DNA from: the human T2T-CHM13v2.0 reference genome, Homo sapiens
NCBI RefSeq assembly: GCF_009914755.1
Contig: NC_060927.1
DNA length: 64,000 bases
Strand: one strand, 5' to 3'
In this document: one piece after another, positions 38,894-50,886 of the stretch
Numbering within the stretch: position 1 is the stretch's first letter
Layout: every line of letters starts with the position of its first letter
Program-made: the position numbers and the translations under genes
Notes under the pieces: model-generated
Databases searched by the model: none
What the model was told of the DNA's origin: nothing
Seen by the model: the letters and a program-made list of their open reading frames with translations, nothing else

Positions 38894-40974
38894 CTGTCAA
38901 GAATATTGCACTCCTCTTCCTCTTCCTATTTCTCCCAAGCTTGTTAGAATAGGCTAGAGAGTTGTGTTTGAAACGAACTTGGAATGGGGCAGTATAGTCT
39001 CCTACAATGGAAAAATAGATCTCTATTTCAGACATGTCTCATACCAAGACTTGAGCTGTTATGAAAACTGAACTAGAAAAATAATGGACACATTAAACTT
39101 GCCCAGAAGTTAACCCTTCACATTCAACCACTGGCCAGGCTTTCAGGAAAACAACACATCTTGATTTGTCTGAATGGAAAGCCATTGTCGGTAACTTTAG
39201 CTCATGGAAAACGACTGGAAGTCAGAGGCTGTCTGATTTGGCATCCCTGAAGTCTGTCTCTGACACTTATGTCTAAATTAGACTGCTGCTAATTAAATAA
39301 ACGTGTAAAGCCAGCATCGTGCCCTGTCTCTCCTCCTCCATAAAGCAGGACATTGCCATTTTGGGTAGTTGTCTGTATCTATCATTTCATAATTTCTAAC
39401 CTTAGGCGTAGCTGTTTAACTCAATTAAATGTGACCAAAATGAACTTTGCCGAAAAACCTAATAGTAAAATAAATATAAGGAGTAAAACGCTCAGGGGTG
39501 ATTTTTGCAGCTCAAGTTAGGGCTATTAATTTTGGACAGCATGTGTAGTGTAGTTTTTGACTTCGTTCTTCAAAAGAAGTTTCTTTTGTCTGAATTACAC
39601 TTTTGCAAAAGGGGAGATGGCTCCCGGACTGAAATATCTCACCTCTATTTTAATAAAAATTTCATCACTTTGAAGTGACCAAGTTACTTCTTCCTTTCAA
39701 ATTCGATAACTGTAAACTATAAAAGTATAGAAAAGATAGAATACTATAAAAAACTGGAAGCTATATTTAGTTAAAATATGATTTGTTACAAGATTAATAC
39801 TTGATACAATGATAACTTTACGTGGTGGTTATTCTTTTTCTAGGCCTTCCATTCCTTTTATACTCAATGAAATCTTAAAACCAGAGTGCCTTCTGTCCAG
39901 AAACCATCACAGTATTTTCCATAGAACACAATGCTCTGAGGCTTTTTTTTTTTTTTCTTAAATGTTTTGTTACAATTTGGGTAAATAGGTTTAAATAAAA
40001 CTTTAAAAGAAACTGCCGGACATCTAAGAAACTTCCTTTTGCTAATTTGCATTGTGAATTGCCAAGAAGACATTTGCCAAATACAGTCATCCAAAACTTA
40101 TTCACTATGGAACCTTTTTATTTTCCCAGAAGCATCTCGTGGAAGTGGGAGAAAATAAAATGGGTGTTGAGAAAGTTAGTCCAACTTCTTTCATCAGACA
40201 AATGGAGGAAAGAAAGACTTTAGACCTCATGGTTTATTTGGCATTCTGTGATCTTAAAAATAGATTATTTTTCACTTCAGGATAGAAAGGCCATGGAGTT
40301 AGGAGTCAAGCCCGGAGTTTGAGTCCACACATTGTTGGTGGCCTGACTGGTACCTACAGACACTGCTGTGACTGATGCTTCATCACGTGATTAGGGCATT
40401 GCTTTCTCTCATACCCAACCCACTGGATAGTTTTGAGCAAGAAAGACCATGCTTGTGAAATAGCCTGCAAAATAAATAGGAAATAAATGAAAAATAGGAA
40501 TAAATTATAAATATAATATTTATATTGTATATTATATAATAAATAGGAATAAAATGATTTATATATAACAAATAGGAATAAATTATAGGAATAATTTCAG
40601 AGTGTTAGCATTGAAATTATCAGTACAATTAGACAATAACTTTAATATTTGTTACATGATTATATCAAGATAGAAATTTTAAATTTAGTGTAATTACACA
40701 GTATAATTATAGCAATGTTTGAAAAATAACCTTATGCGTAGAACAAATACTGGAAGGCACGATGCCCACATGTTGGCAATATTTTATTTTGGTAAGGATT
40801 TGGGGTGAATACTTTTTCTTCTACTTTTCTATTTTATATATCAATTGTAGTACATAGATTTCTTATTCTAATCAACTCTATTTTCTAGAAATTCCCCCTT
40901 CCCCTATAGCGGATATATTGGCTCCAGTAACCCCACTATGGTAGCTGCATTTAGCTTTTTGCTCTAATGTTTTT

Positions 40975-41196
40975 AGCATTTGGCTTTTGTCCTTCCTGTT
41001 GCGAAATATGGCTGCTTCTCCACCAGGCTGCACACCACATTCAAGGTAGGAAGGGTGGAGAATCCACTTTTTGGAAGGGTTGTGTTTCTACTCAGTAACA
41101 GAGGGCTCTTCTCCATAAACTTCTATGTACAACTCATTGGCCAAAACTGTCTCATGACCACCTCTGGCTTGAAGGTGGCTTGAAAACTCAAGTATT
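40975..41196 (-). mobile_element. MLT1 LTR fragment
   Basis: atatggctgc..cacattcaagg.aggaagg...ctcattggccaaaactg..tcatgaccacc. Confidence 0.55.
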
Positions 41197-41537
41197 CAAG
41201 GTTGTCAAAGTGTGGTCCGCAGACCAGCAGCAGTAGCATGATCTAAGATCATTTTAGAAATGTAAATTCTCAGGCCCTGCCCCTGACCTTCCATTGGGAC
41301 CAGTGACTTAATTTTCGAGGCCTGGTGCACAATGAAAATGTATAGGTCTTTCTTCAATCACTATTAAAAATTTCAAGATGACAGCAGAGCATTAAACCAA
41401 GCATGGAGCCCTTTGAAGCAGGGGGCCCTGTGTGACCGCACAGATCACACGTACATGAAGCTAGCCCTACCTTCCGTCATGAAAAGAATAAGTGCTCCAG
41501 GTGATTCTGTGGCGTATTCACAGGCTTGAGAACCACG
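41197..41537. mobile_element. MER5A split by MER45A
   Basis: caaagtgtggtcc.cagaccagcagc..ttagaaatgtaaattctcaggcc ... ccaggtgattctg..ttgagaaccac. Confidence 0.8.
41295..41469 (-). mobile_element. MER45A-like (hAT-Tip100)
   Basis: atttcaagatgacagcagagcattaaaccaagc..ggccctgtgtgaccgcacag..catgaagc. 8-bp TSD ccttccat/ccttccgt. Confidence 0.8.
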
Positions 41538-43590
41538 AAGGAGTGGATTCGGCAGCCTAGAATAGGTACTCAGTTATCTCCCAGCGCTTCCAGCTCCTTC
41601 AGAAATGTACCAGGCTGTTTGTGGAAAGGTTCCGTCACTGGCCAGTCATGTGAGAGGCCGAATATTATATGGTTTTCTTTGCCATTGGTGAAAAGCATCT
41701 CTTGACATCAGTCTCTCTCCCTCAATGGGGACAAAAGCCTAGTGGGAATTGATTAGGACCCAGAGGAGTTTCTGTCGGCCAACAGCTGTGGCCAAGGATA
41801 AATTCCAGACTAATAAGCTGGGTAGTGTTCTCCCCTGATGAATGGTTGTTTTGAGGAGAAAAAAAAAATTGCAGATGAGCCTTCAATGAAAGTGAAATTA
41901 AAGTCATTTATCCCAGATCATGTGGAAATCTCAACTCCCTCCTTAAAGAAGGAAAATATAATAAAGCTCCCTCATAAAGATATAAAATATTTAACATGTG
42001 ACTTCTGCTTTGTACCAACATCACCTCTTAATGGTTCCATTATTTTGTTACATTTAACTTCAGTGAAAAATTTAGGAGGAAGGAAGGGCAAATGTTTAAC
42101 CCAAATTGGGATTTCTTTTTTTTTTGCCTGAATTCTGTGATTACATCATTGGCACATTTATATTGCAAGACATTTTTACGATATAAGCATTTTTTCATTT
42201 GGACAGCAACCATAATAAATTAAAATAAAATTCAGTCTTGATTGATGTTATAAGTGTCATGTACAGGGCAAGTCCCATCTATTAAGTGTGGTTTGCCAGG
42301 GCAGCAATAATAGTAGCATTTGAATGTTTTTCTTATTAAGGAGAAAAATGGTCAGTAACATCAGTTTGGTAGACTCCAAGGATTGTGGTAAATGGAAAAT
42401 GTCTGCAGCGTGTGTAACTCCTTCCCTGGCTTTAGGATGAAGGTGGTCAGAAGTCTGAAGGAATTGTTTTTCCTTTGTAAAAAAAAATTAGGATAAACTA
42501 TTACAGTTTGTGGAATGAAAGAGAGAGGCTGATTACAACATAATGGAGTGTACCATATTCATCTCTTTGAAATATGACCTCACTTGGCCTTTTCCATTTT
42601 ACAATCGATTCTCTCATTCCCTTAATGAACCTTTGCATTCATGAGTCTTCCTTGGAAGTATGCACATGAAGTATTGCTGGAGCAAAGAATAATTGTCTGT
42701 CAAGTAAGTAAGAACAAAGTGCCTCTCTTGTCGTTTGGTTCAATAACATTAGAAACTGTTAATGCATCATGTTGGGCACAGTATTGTTTTGCTTAATAAT
42801 TATCTAATTTGCCAAAGCTTGCTTACAAAAAATGTTGTTTGAAAACTGGCACAATAGAGTTGTTTGCCTATTTTTCTAAAGATGGGATGAGACAGCTGAT
42901 GTAAATGCATTTAAGCACAACTTTACTTCTTAGATGTTGCTAAGCATGTCTAATTTGAGCACAGCAGCACATTCGGTTTGAGCAGTGATACCACGAAAGT
43001 GATGTTATAATAAAATTTCAGGGAAAAGTTGGGTGATTATAATAGGAAGGAATATGAGAGAATAAATAATATAACTCTTAGTTTTAAAAATAACAATTCA
43101 TTTACATAATATGGGATGCATACATACAAGATTCATTGATCCAATATTGGAAGACAATATGGTAGGTTTCCCATAACGCAACCAGGACTTAAAATATGTT
43201 AGAGCCTCATCTTTTGTGTTTTTCCCTCCACTAGTGGAAATTTAACTATGCTCTGTTAAATACTCATTAGGTTTATGGCTCTTGGAATAAATTGGATAAA
43301 AAGCTTGGAGTAAATTGATGGCCAATGGCATTAAAAAGAAAGAACAGTGTCTAAACATTTTTGCACGTAACAGCTACATAATGATTTCAGAGACTATGTC
43401 CTTTCCTGGGAAACTGGGAACTGCAATTGTCAATGAATGATTGGGTATTTAAAGGAACCCAGGAGTATTACGGGTGGACATAAAGCAATTAAGAATTTCT
43501 TCAAAGAAAATAGAGGGAAAGAAGGCATTATAAGGCCCCTATCTGAAAGGAGAACAACAGAACAAACCCCAAACCTATATGGATTTCATC

Positions 43591-43732
43591 TATATATTTA
43601 TATTTTTTACTTTTTTGAGACAGGACCTCACTATGTAGCCCAGGCTGGCCTGGAATTCCTAGCCTCAAGTGATCCTCCTGCCTCAACCTCTCTACTAGCT
43701 GGGACTACAGACAAGTGCCACTGGGCGCAGTT
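43591..43732 (-). mobile_element. FLAM_A-like Alu monomer
   Basis: gagacagg..ctcactatgtagcccaggctgg..tcaagtgatcctcctgcctca..tagctgggactacag. Confidence 0.8.
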
Positions 43733-44029
43733 CAGGGATTTTAAAAAATAAAAATGTAACTATATCATTATCAAAGCCTTTGGTAATCAATTCTTAAAAA
43801 CATACAAAAATACAGAGTATGCTCAGATTTTATGAGAGTGAATAAAGTTTCAAATACCAGTCTAGCATGTCCATTAGCTCTCCTTTCTCCATGTAAGTTA
43901 TCCTTCTTGTGATGCCCAGCTCACCTTAGTTCAGAGAGCCTTTGCTGACTAGGGGGATTCCTCTGAGCTGTCGCTTCTTAGAATAGCAGTTTTAAGATGT
44001 ACAGCCATTAGGCCGTTATGTAGGGCCAA

Positions 44030-44430
44030 CATCTTATTGAGCATTTACTATACCAGGTGCTAAGCATTTATATATATAACGTTAATAATAATAAGTTGGT
44101 GCAAAATCAACTGCAGTTTTTGCCATTGAAAGTAATGACCAAGACTGCAATTACTTTTGCACCAACCTAATATAGCAATATATATAAAATATAAATATAT
44201 ATAACATACATATATAACATATATGAAAACATACATAAGGAAAGAACAGCAAAGAAAGACTTACATATATTTTATCTAACTTCATAATCATTGTACTAGA
44301 TTGATGTTCTTATTATCTCTGTTTTAAAGATTCAGGAAGGTTAAGTGGCTTGTCCACATTCCTACGTCTGAGAAGCAGCAGATCTAGAATTTGACCACAG
44401 ACTTACGTGTCCCTAGAGATCTACTGCTTC
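44030..44430 (-). mobile_element. MIR (split by MADE1)
   Basis: ttattgagcatttacta.accaggtgctaagc ... ggttaagtggcttgtcca..agaatttga. Confidence 0.65.
44091..44170. mobile_element. MADE1 (Hsmar1 MITE), full 80 bp
   Basis: TA|ataagttggtgcaaaa...tttttgccattgaaagtaatg...gcaattacttttgcaccaacctaa|TA. Confidence 0.93.
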
Positions 44431-44899
44431 CAAAATATATTTTTATATTTCCGCTAGGTTAAGTACATATGTGGCATGCCTCCCTACTAACTTGTGAATG
44501 CTTCATGAGAGCAGGTCAACCAATGAGGTAGAATTTAAATTTCCAGGGAATCACCGTCAGAGTGATTTCACATCCATCCTCAGTTGACACCAGGTTTTTT
44601 TTTCCCACTTTTTGTCCACCCTACAGAAGAAAGGAAGAGTTTTCACCCTCCCAAATCTTGGCTTATTGGCAGTGCTTTAAGGTTTAGACATGTTCTGTTG
44701 GGGACAACGTGAGGATGATAAAAACGGGTAATTTGGTCTGGGTTGGGAATTTTATGAATTTATATGTATTGTACAGTGAACCGAGGATGATGAGACTGCT
44801 CACTGACCTCCCCCTTTTATCTCCTGACATGTCAAAGAATGCTCTGGTCTCTGTCTCTCTTTCTGTTTCTCAAATGAAGATTAATATGGTCATTATAAA

Positions 44900-45800
44900 A
44901 ATGCTCACTGACATGTTTTGAAATGGAAAAAAAATGTTTCATTTTACCTTTCTTGGTAAAAATGAGTCTAATTTGGCTGGTTTGACAATGAGGGCTGGCT
45001 TTGCCAATCTGGTTATATGGTGGATATTTTACATTAATTATATATTACTAAAACTTCAGTTTAAGGGTTTTAGCAAAAATATAAAGTACATAGTAAGATG
45101 AAAGTATTTGATTATCTTTATATTCGTAAGGGTGTTTCTAAACTAATTTTTTCAAACCTTTCAAAATATATTGAGAGAAACAAGACGCCTCTAAGCTGAA
45201 GAGTAACAAGAATAACTGTTATTGGAAAAATCTTGGAAAAACTGTTTTGACATGCTTTCAAATTTTATAGAATTTATGAAAAATCTCCAAGTAGTAAATA
45301 CATTTCTAATACTTATTTTAATAAAATAATTTTAATACTTAATTTCTGACATAGATAACTGTAATGATAACTTGAAGTGATTTTTTATCTCTTACAATAG
45401 GACAGCATTTTGGCCAAAGAAAATAAAATGATGCATTGGTACAGAAATAGGAAATAATAATCATAAAAATATGACATTAAGACAAACTTCTATGTGAAGT
45501 AGAGGAAGGGAAACACTAGTATAAGAAAAAGTAATAATGTAAAATATCTGTTAGATGAGTTGTCCATTTATTTGAAACTGATAAATATTAAGTTTCCCCG
45601 GTGTTTAGAAGCTATTAAACACATTTTAAAAGTTCTTTCTTTATATATTTGTAATCACAATATATTTGTACTTGTCAATATAATCATAAATATATTTAAT
45701 ATTTTCAACCATTTCAACGTATGATTAAAAATCTTCAGATGTCAGCTTAATATGAAAGGGGGTGCATGGTCCATCAAATGTGGTTTAGGAATTACGCAAA
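44900..45800 (+). mobile_element. Charlie (Charlie2-like) hAT transposase remnant
   Basis: 44981-45034 translates FDNEGWLCQSGYMVDILH, resembling the Charlie/Buster WL..LAYLADIF motif. 3' end agatgtcagctta..aagggggtgcat. Confidence 0.6.
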
Positions 45801-46434
45801 CAACACATTCAGACTTTTATCTCATACTGCTCTGATCTTGTCCAATACCCAGCATGGTGTCTTTAGGGCTTTAAGATCTTGATGTTCAAGTGGAAAGAAT
45901 CATATCTGATAAATATTGACATCAGGGCCAGTAAAGGAAGCATATTCTGAGAAACATTAATACTTTGTTTCCAGTAACATGAGAAGACTGAAATATGTTC
46001 TCTATACATTTTTAAAAGAATCTTAAGGATTAATAACAAAAACTTCATTGCTATAACATAGAATTTTAATGTGATAAGTTATATGGTATAGTGATCTAGA
46101 TACCTAAGTCACAAGTACTAAAAGTAAAAACCATATTTCTGAAGGAATGTTACCACCAGGTCATATATGAAATCTGATTATAAAGATGGCCTTGGTTTCT
46201 ACCTGTGTCTTGTGGAATGAGTCTTTTCCCAAAAGGTGAAGGAAATGATGATTTTAGAAACAACAAATGTTAATTTTAGAAACAACAAGAACAAAATTGT
46301 CATATTCTTCATTCTGGCTCTCACTCACCAACCAGGGTCTACAGTTGAGCGAGTTCTTTAACTTCCAACTGTCTTATCTTTAAAATGATAATATTGGCTT
46401 AATAGGACCATTTTGAGTATTACATGTTGTAATG

Positions 46435-46514
46435 TGTGTGTTAGTCTGAGTCCTCTGAGAAACAGACACCACGATGGGATTAAATGTGCAAGGATATTAT
46501 TAGGAAATGCCATG
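46435..46514 (-). mobile_element. ERVL-type LTR terminal fragment
   Basis: gttagtctgagtcctctgagaaacagacacca..ggatta.atgtgcaagga.att. Confidence 0.45.
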
Positions 46515-47340
46515 AAAACAACCCCATCAAAAAGTAGCCAAAGGATATGAACAGACACTTTTCAAAAGAAGACATTTATGCAGCCAACAAACATATGAAA
46601 AAAAGCTCATCATCACTGGTCATTAGAGAAATGCAAATCAAAACCACAATGAGATACCATCTGACACCAGTTAGAATGGCGATCATTAAAAAGTCAGGAA
46701 ACAATGGATGCTGGAGAGGATGTGGAGAAATAGGAAAGCTTTTACACTGTTGGTGGAAGTGTAAATTAGTTCAACCATTGTGGAAGACAGTGTGATGATT
46801 CCTCAAGGATATAGAACTAGAAATATCATTTGACCCAGGCATCCCATTCCTGGGTATATACCCAAAGGATTAGAAATCATTCTACTATGAAGACACATGC
46901 ACACGTATGTTTACTGCAGCACTGTTCACAATAGCAAAAACTTGGAACCAACCCAAATGCCCATCAATGATAGGCTGGATAAAGGAAGTGTGGCACATAT
47001 ACACCATGGAATACTATGCAGCCATAAAAAATGATGAGTTCATGTCCTTTGCAGGGACATGGATGAAGCTGGAAACCATCATTCTCAGCAAACTAACACA
47101 GGAACAAAAAACCAAACACTGTGTGTTCTCAGTCGTTAAGTGGGAGTTGAACAATGAAAACACATGGGCACAGGGAGGGGAACATCACACAAGGGGAGGG
47201 ATAGTATTAGGAAAAACACGTCATGTAGATGACGGGTTGATGGGTGCAGAAAACCACCATGGCACATGTATACCTATGTAACAAACCTGCACGTTCTGCA
47301 CATGTATCCCAGAACTTAAAGTATAATAAAAATAAAATAA
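46515..47340 (+). mobile_element. L1PA7-like 3' ~0.83 kb (dead ORF2 C-terminus plus 3'UTR)
   Basis: ORFs 46547-46795 ([45 protein letters not shown]) and 46907- (FTIAKTWNQPKCPSM..YTMEYYAAIK) are L1 ORF2p. Ends ccagaacttaaagtataataaa. Confidence 0.96.
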
Positions 47341-47659
47341 CCAAAGCCTTTACCACAGGGCTATAGAAGGTGAATCTGTGACTCATTTATTTCATAGATG
47401 GTAGAGTGAATAGCCATCTCTTCCTTACCCTGGGCCCTGGGGGTTTGTGATATGGTAGTTTCAAATGTGATGACAGTAATAAAAATGAGTTATCTAAACA
47501 AATCCAATTCTATGTCTTCTTGTTTGACTCATTGTCTTAAGGCCAAATGCACCTTTTCAGCACAAGACAAAAATACCTCTGCTTACTTGACACATCTGAC
47601 CACATCTCTTCTCACACTGCTCATCCTTCTGTTCCACTAACACTGGTGATGGTACTCAT

Positions 47660-48066
47660 TATTGATGGGCTGACTCATTCCTCTCTACGGATGTCCACAT
47701 GACACAGTTCTGGCCAGTGAGACACTGGGGGAGATTACTAGGTAGAGTTTTTGGACAAGCTTTCCTTTCCTGATTTAAAAAAGGAAAAGGATAGTTTGAG
47801 ATTGTAAGCATTTTGTTTATTGCCTTTCTTTCCTTCTTCCCACCTGCTTAAAGAAGCCTGGAGGTGCAGTAGTCATCTTGAGTGAGACAAAATAATGAGG
47901 AAGGGTAATTATAGATATAACTGGGGCCTGGGCCTTTAAAAGCATCACTGAGCAGTTGCACTGGCTAAGGATGTTTGTCAGACATCCTATATTAATTTGA
48001 TTAATACCTACTTACATATTATCTAGTCAGATTTTCTGTTACTTGCCACCATATGCAATCTTGACT
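47660..48066 (+). mobile_element. MLT1J-like LTR
   Basis: catgacacagttctggccagtgaga...gcctggaggtgcagtagtcatcttg...ttttctgttacttgc. Confidence 0.65.
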
Positions 48067-48748
48067 ATTTTACCATGATTATATTTCATCCATCGAAGTA
48101 ATTAAGACTTGAGGTTTTGTTAATTTCCTTGTTAAAACTAGACAAGACAGTGAACTCTTTGATATTGACTTTTTCTAGTCTGTTATGCACAAGGCATAGG
48201 TAAGATAAGACCTGGGGTACCACAGTGGGGTCTTAGTTCCTCTCAGAAAATACAGTACTAACAAAAAATTAGAACAAAGGAATCAAAGTCGAGACAGCCA
48301 ATAAGCATGAGGACCTAGGCTAGGCAGGGTGGGTTTCACAAATGAGGAGGGGATGTCGTGGCCACATTTTGGTTTTAGAAAGCTTGCTGTAGCTAGTAGC
48401 TGGGTAGAAGTAGTCTATTTGGGAGAGTATATGAGGTTTCAGGGAGAGTTTCTGGAGCTTAGGGCTGGAATGATGGCTGGGTTTAGAGAAGAATGGATGG
48501 ATCTTAGTGTTTGGATTGACTTGGATATAGCAGATGCAGGCAGAATGAAAATTCAGAATGCTTCAGATTTTTGGCTTAGGCAAAATTTGACAAATGACAG
48601 AGTCAAGGAGCACCATTTAAAGACCAGGATAGTTGAGATTGTTGTAACAAAAGTACTTGAGTGTGAATTGGAATACTGCCCTTTATTAGATTTATCATTT
48701 TGGGAAGGCTAACTTCTCTAATCTTCAAGATTCCTATCTTTAAAGCTA

Positions 48749-49135
<387 letters not shown>

Positions 49136-49395
49136 TCAAGTTAAAAGAAGGAAGAGAATGATGGTGAATTTCACAAGCCAGGAGACAGTCAAATGTAGAT
49201 ATCCAGTAGGAATATTTGGGGCTGAGTTGGGGATATAGACTTGGACTTACTTGTCCATTCAATCAGCCAATATTTATGGAGCACCCCCCATGTGATAGGT
49301 ATTATTCTAGGCACTAGAATACTTACGGTAGTTGAAGCCAGGAGAAAAGGGCCATGGGCAAACCCCTGAGGAACCAGATTATTTCAGGGCTGGAG

Positions 49396-49576
49396 TGGTA
49401 GTTATCAAACTTTAGCATCAGAATCACTTAGAGAATTTGTTTATAAACAAATTTCCTGGGCCTTACTCCAGTGATCTGATGTAATAGGTCTAAAGTGAGA
49501 GCTGAAATCCTGCATTTTTGACAATTCCCTAAGTAATGCTGATGCCACTGGCCTAGGGCCACACTTAGTATCGCTG
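49396..49576. mobile_element. MER5A within an antisense L2 fragment
   Basis: tcaaacttt.gcatcagaatcac...ctgggcc..ctgcatttt.acaa.tccc..gtaatgctgatgc. Confidence 0.75.
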
Positions 49577-50855
49577 GATTAGAAAAGAGTTAGTTACAAG
49601 ATGACTGAGAGGGAAGAGCTAAAGGGATATAGGGAGAAGCCAAGCAAATGAAAGTTTTAAAAAGGAATTATTAGGTGTATTATTATTAAACGTGGTTAAA
49701 TGCTGAGAGGTCAGACTAACTCCAAAGCATCCCGTGGATTTAGTTAAAAGGGCAAGAGAAGCTGAGTGGAAGTATGGTTAGTATGACTGTTGGAATGTGA
49801 GGAGTAAGGATATGGGATGGCATGTGTAGTCAGCTTACTTAAGAAATTTGCTTCTCTTCTGAATGAACAATCTTTGAACACTTTTACCCAAAGTGCTTTG
49901 GTAGGTACATAAATCTTACTTGAAAAAAAAGATTTAATAAGTAAATATCTAGTAAACCCTAACTAAAGCTAAACAGATTTGTTTTTAGCAGCATTTCTCC
50001 ATACCTTTAAATATAGAAATGAACTTAATATATTACCAATATAGGGATCTAGTAAGCAATATTAACCACAACTATTTGACAAGGAAATACTTTTCTTCAC
50101 GGGTCTCTTAGGGACAAGTGGTCCAAGGAGCACCCTTTGGAAATGTTCCCCCTGCAATTCTAAATCTTACTGGTTAATGAAGGTCACCGGAGTGAGGGGG
50201 TTTTGTTATCTTTATCAACATCCCAGAGACGCTCAGGATTTGAGAGGTATTCCTTTCCTGTTCCTAGGACTATGTATGTATAAGTGCTGTACCAAGCATT
50301 ATATCTGTATAGTAGTACAGCATGTTCCAAGCCTCTGAATGATGGCCAGTGGAGAAAAAGCACTGATTCTTGTTCAGATATTTGGTCTCCTAGAGGTATA
50401 CTTGGATTTTTATTGTTAGAGTGATTGATTTAAGGCGTTCGCTTTCTTAAGTTTCTTTAAAAATTTGCCTGAAGATAACCTCTGTGTAAAATGCAGTAGG
50501 TATTTATTTTTTGCAAATGCCTATTTTTTAAAAAATATGTACCAGTAGAATCTACACTAGAAGAAGAGATTACAGTCACCATATGCTATGTACATTGAAA
50601 GTCAATACACCTACAGCTTCCATCAAGGAAAATCAATGAAGCAAGAACCTTAACAATTTGGATCTTCTCCTTGATAAGACTAATACTTGCATGCAGCTTA
50701 GTTCAACATAATGAACAAAATTTAGCTGATTTTGTTTGGAAATGCTTTCTTGAAGAGCAGAAATGAGGTCAACTTGAGGATAGAAAGTAAATGACTAGAT
50801 AAACATAAAGGCTTTCTAGCTCTAAAATTTGTAATTCTTGAGGTAACCACAACTG

Positions 50856-50886
<31 letters not shown>

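Noticed and set aside
46547-47281. Two protein-like ORFs
   Set aside because: Stop-interrupted C-terminus of L1 ORF2p in a 5'-truncated L1; not a host gene
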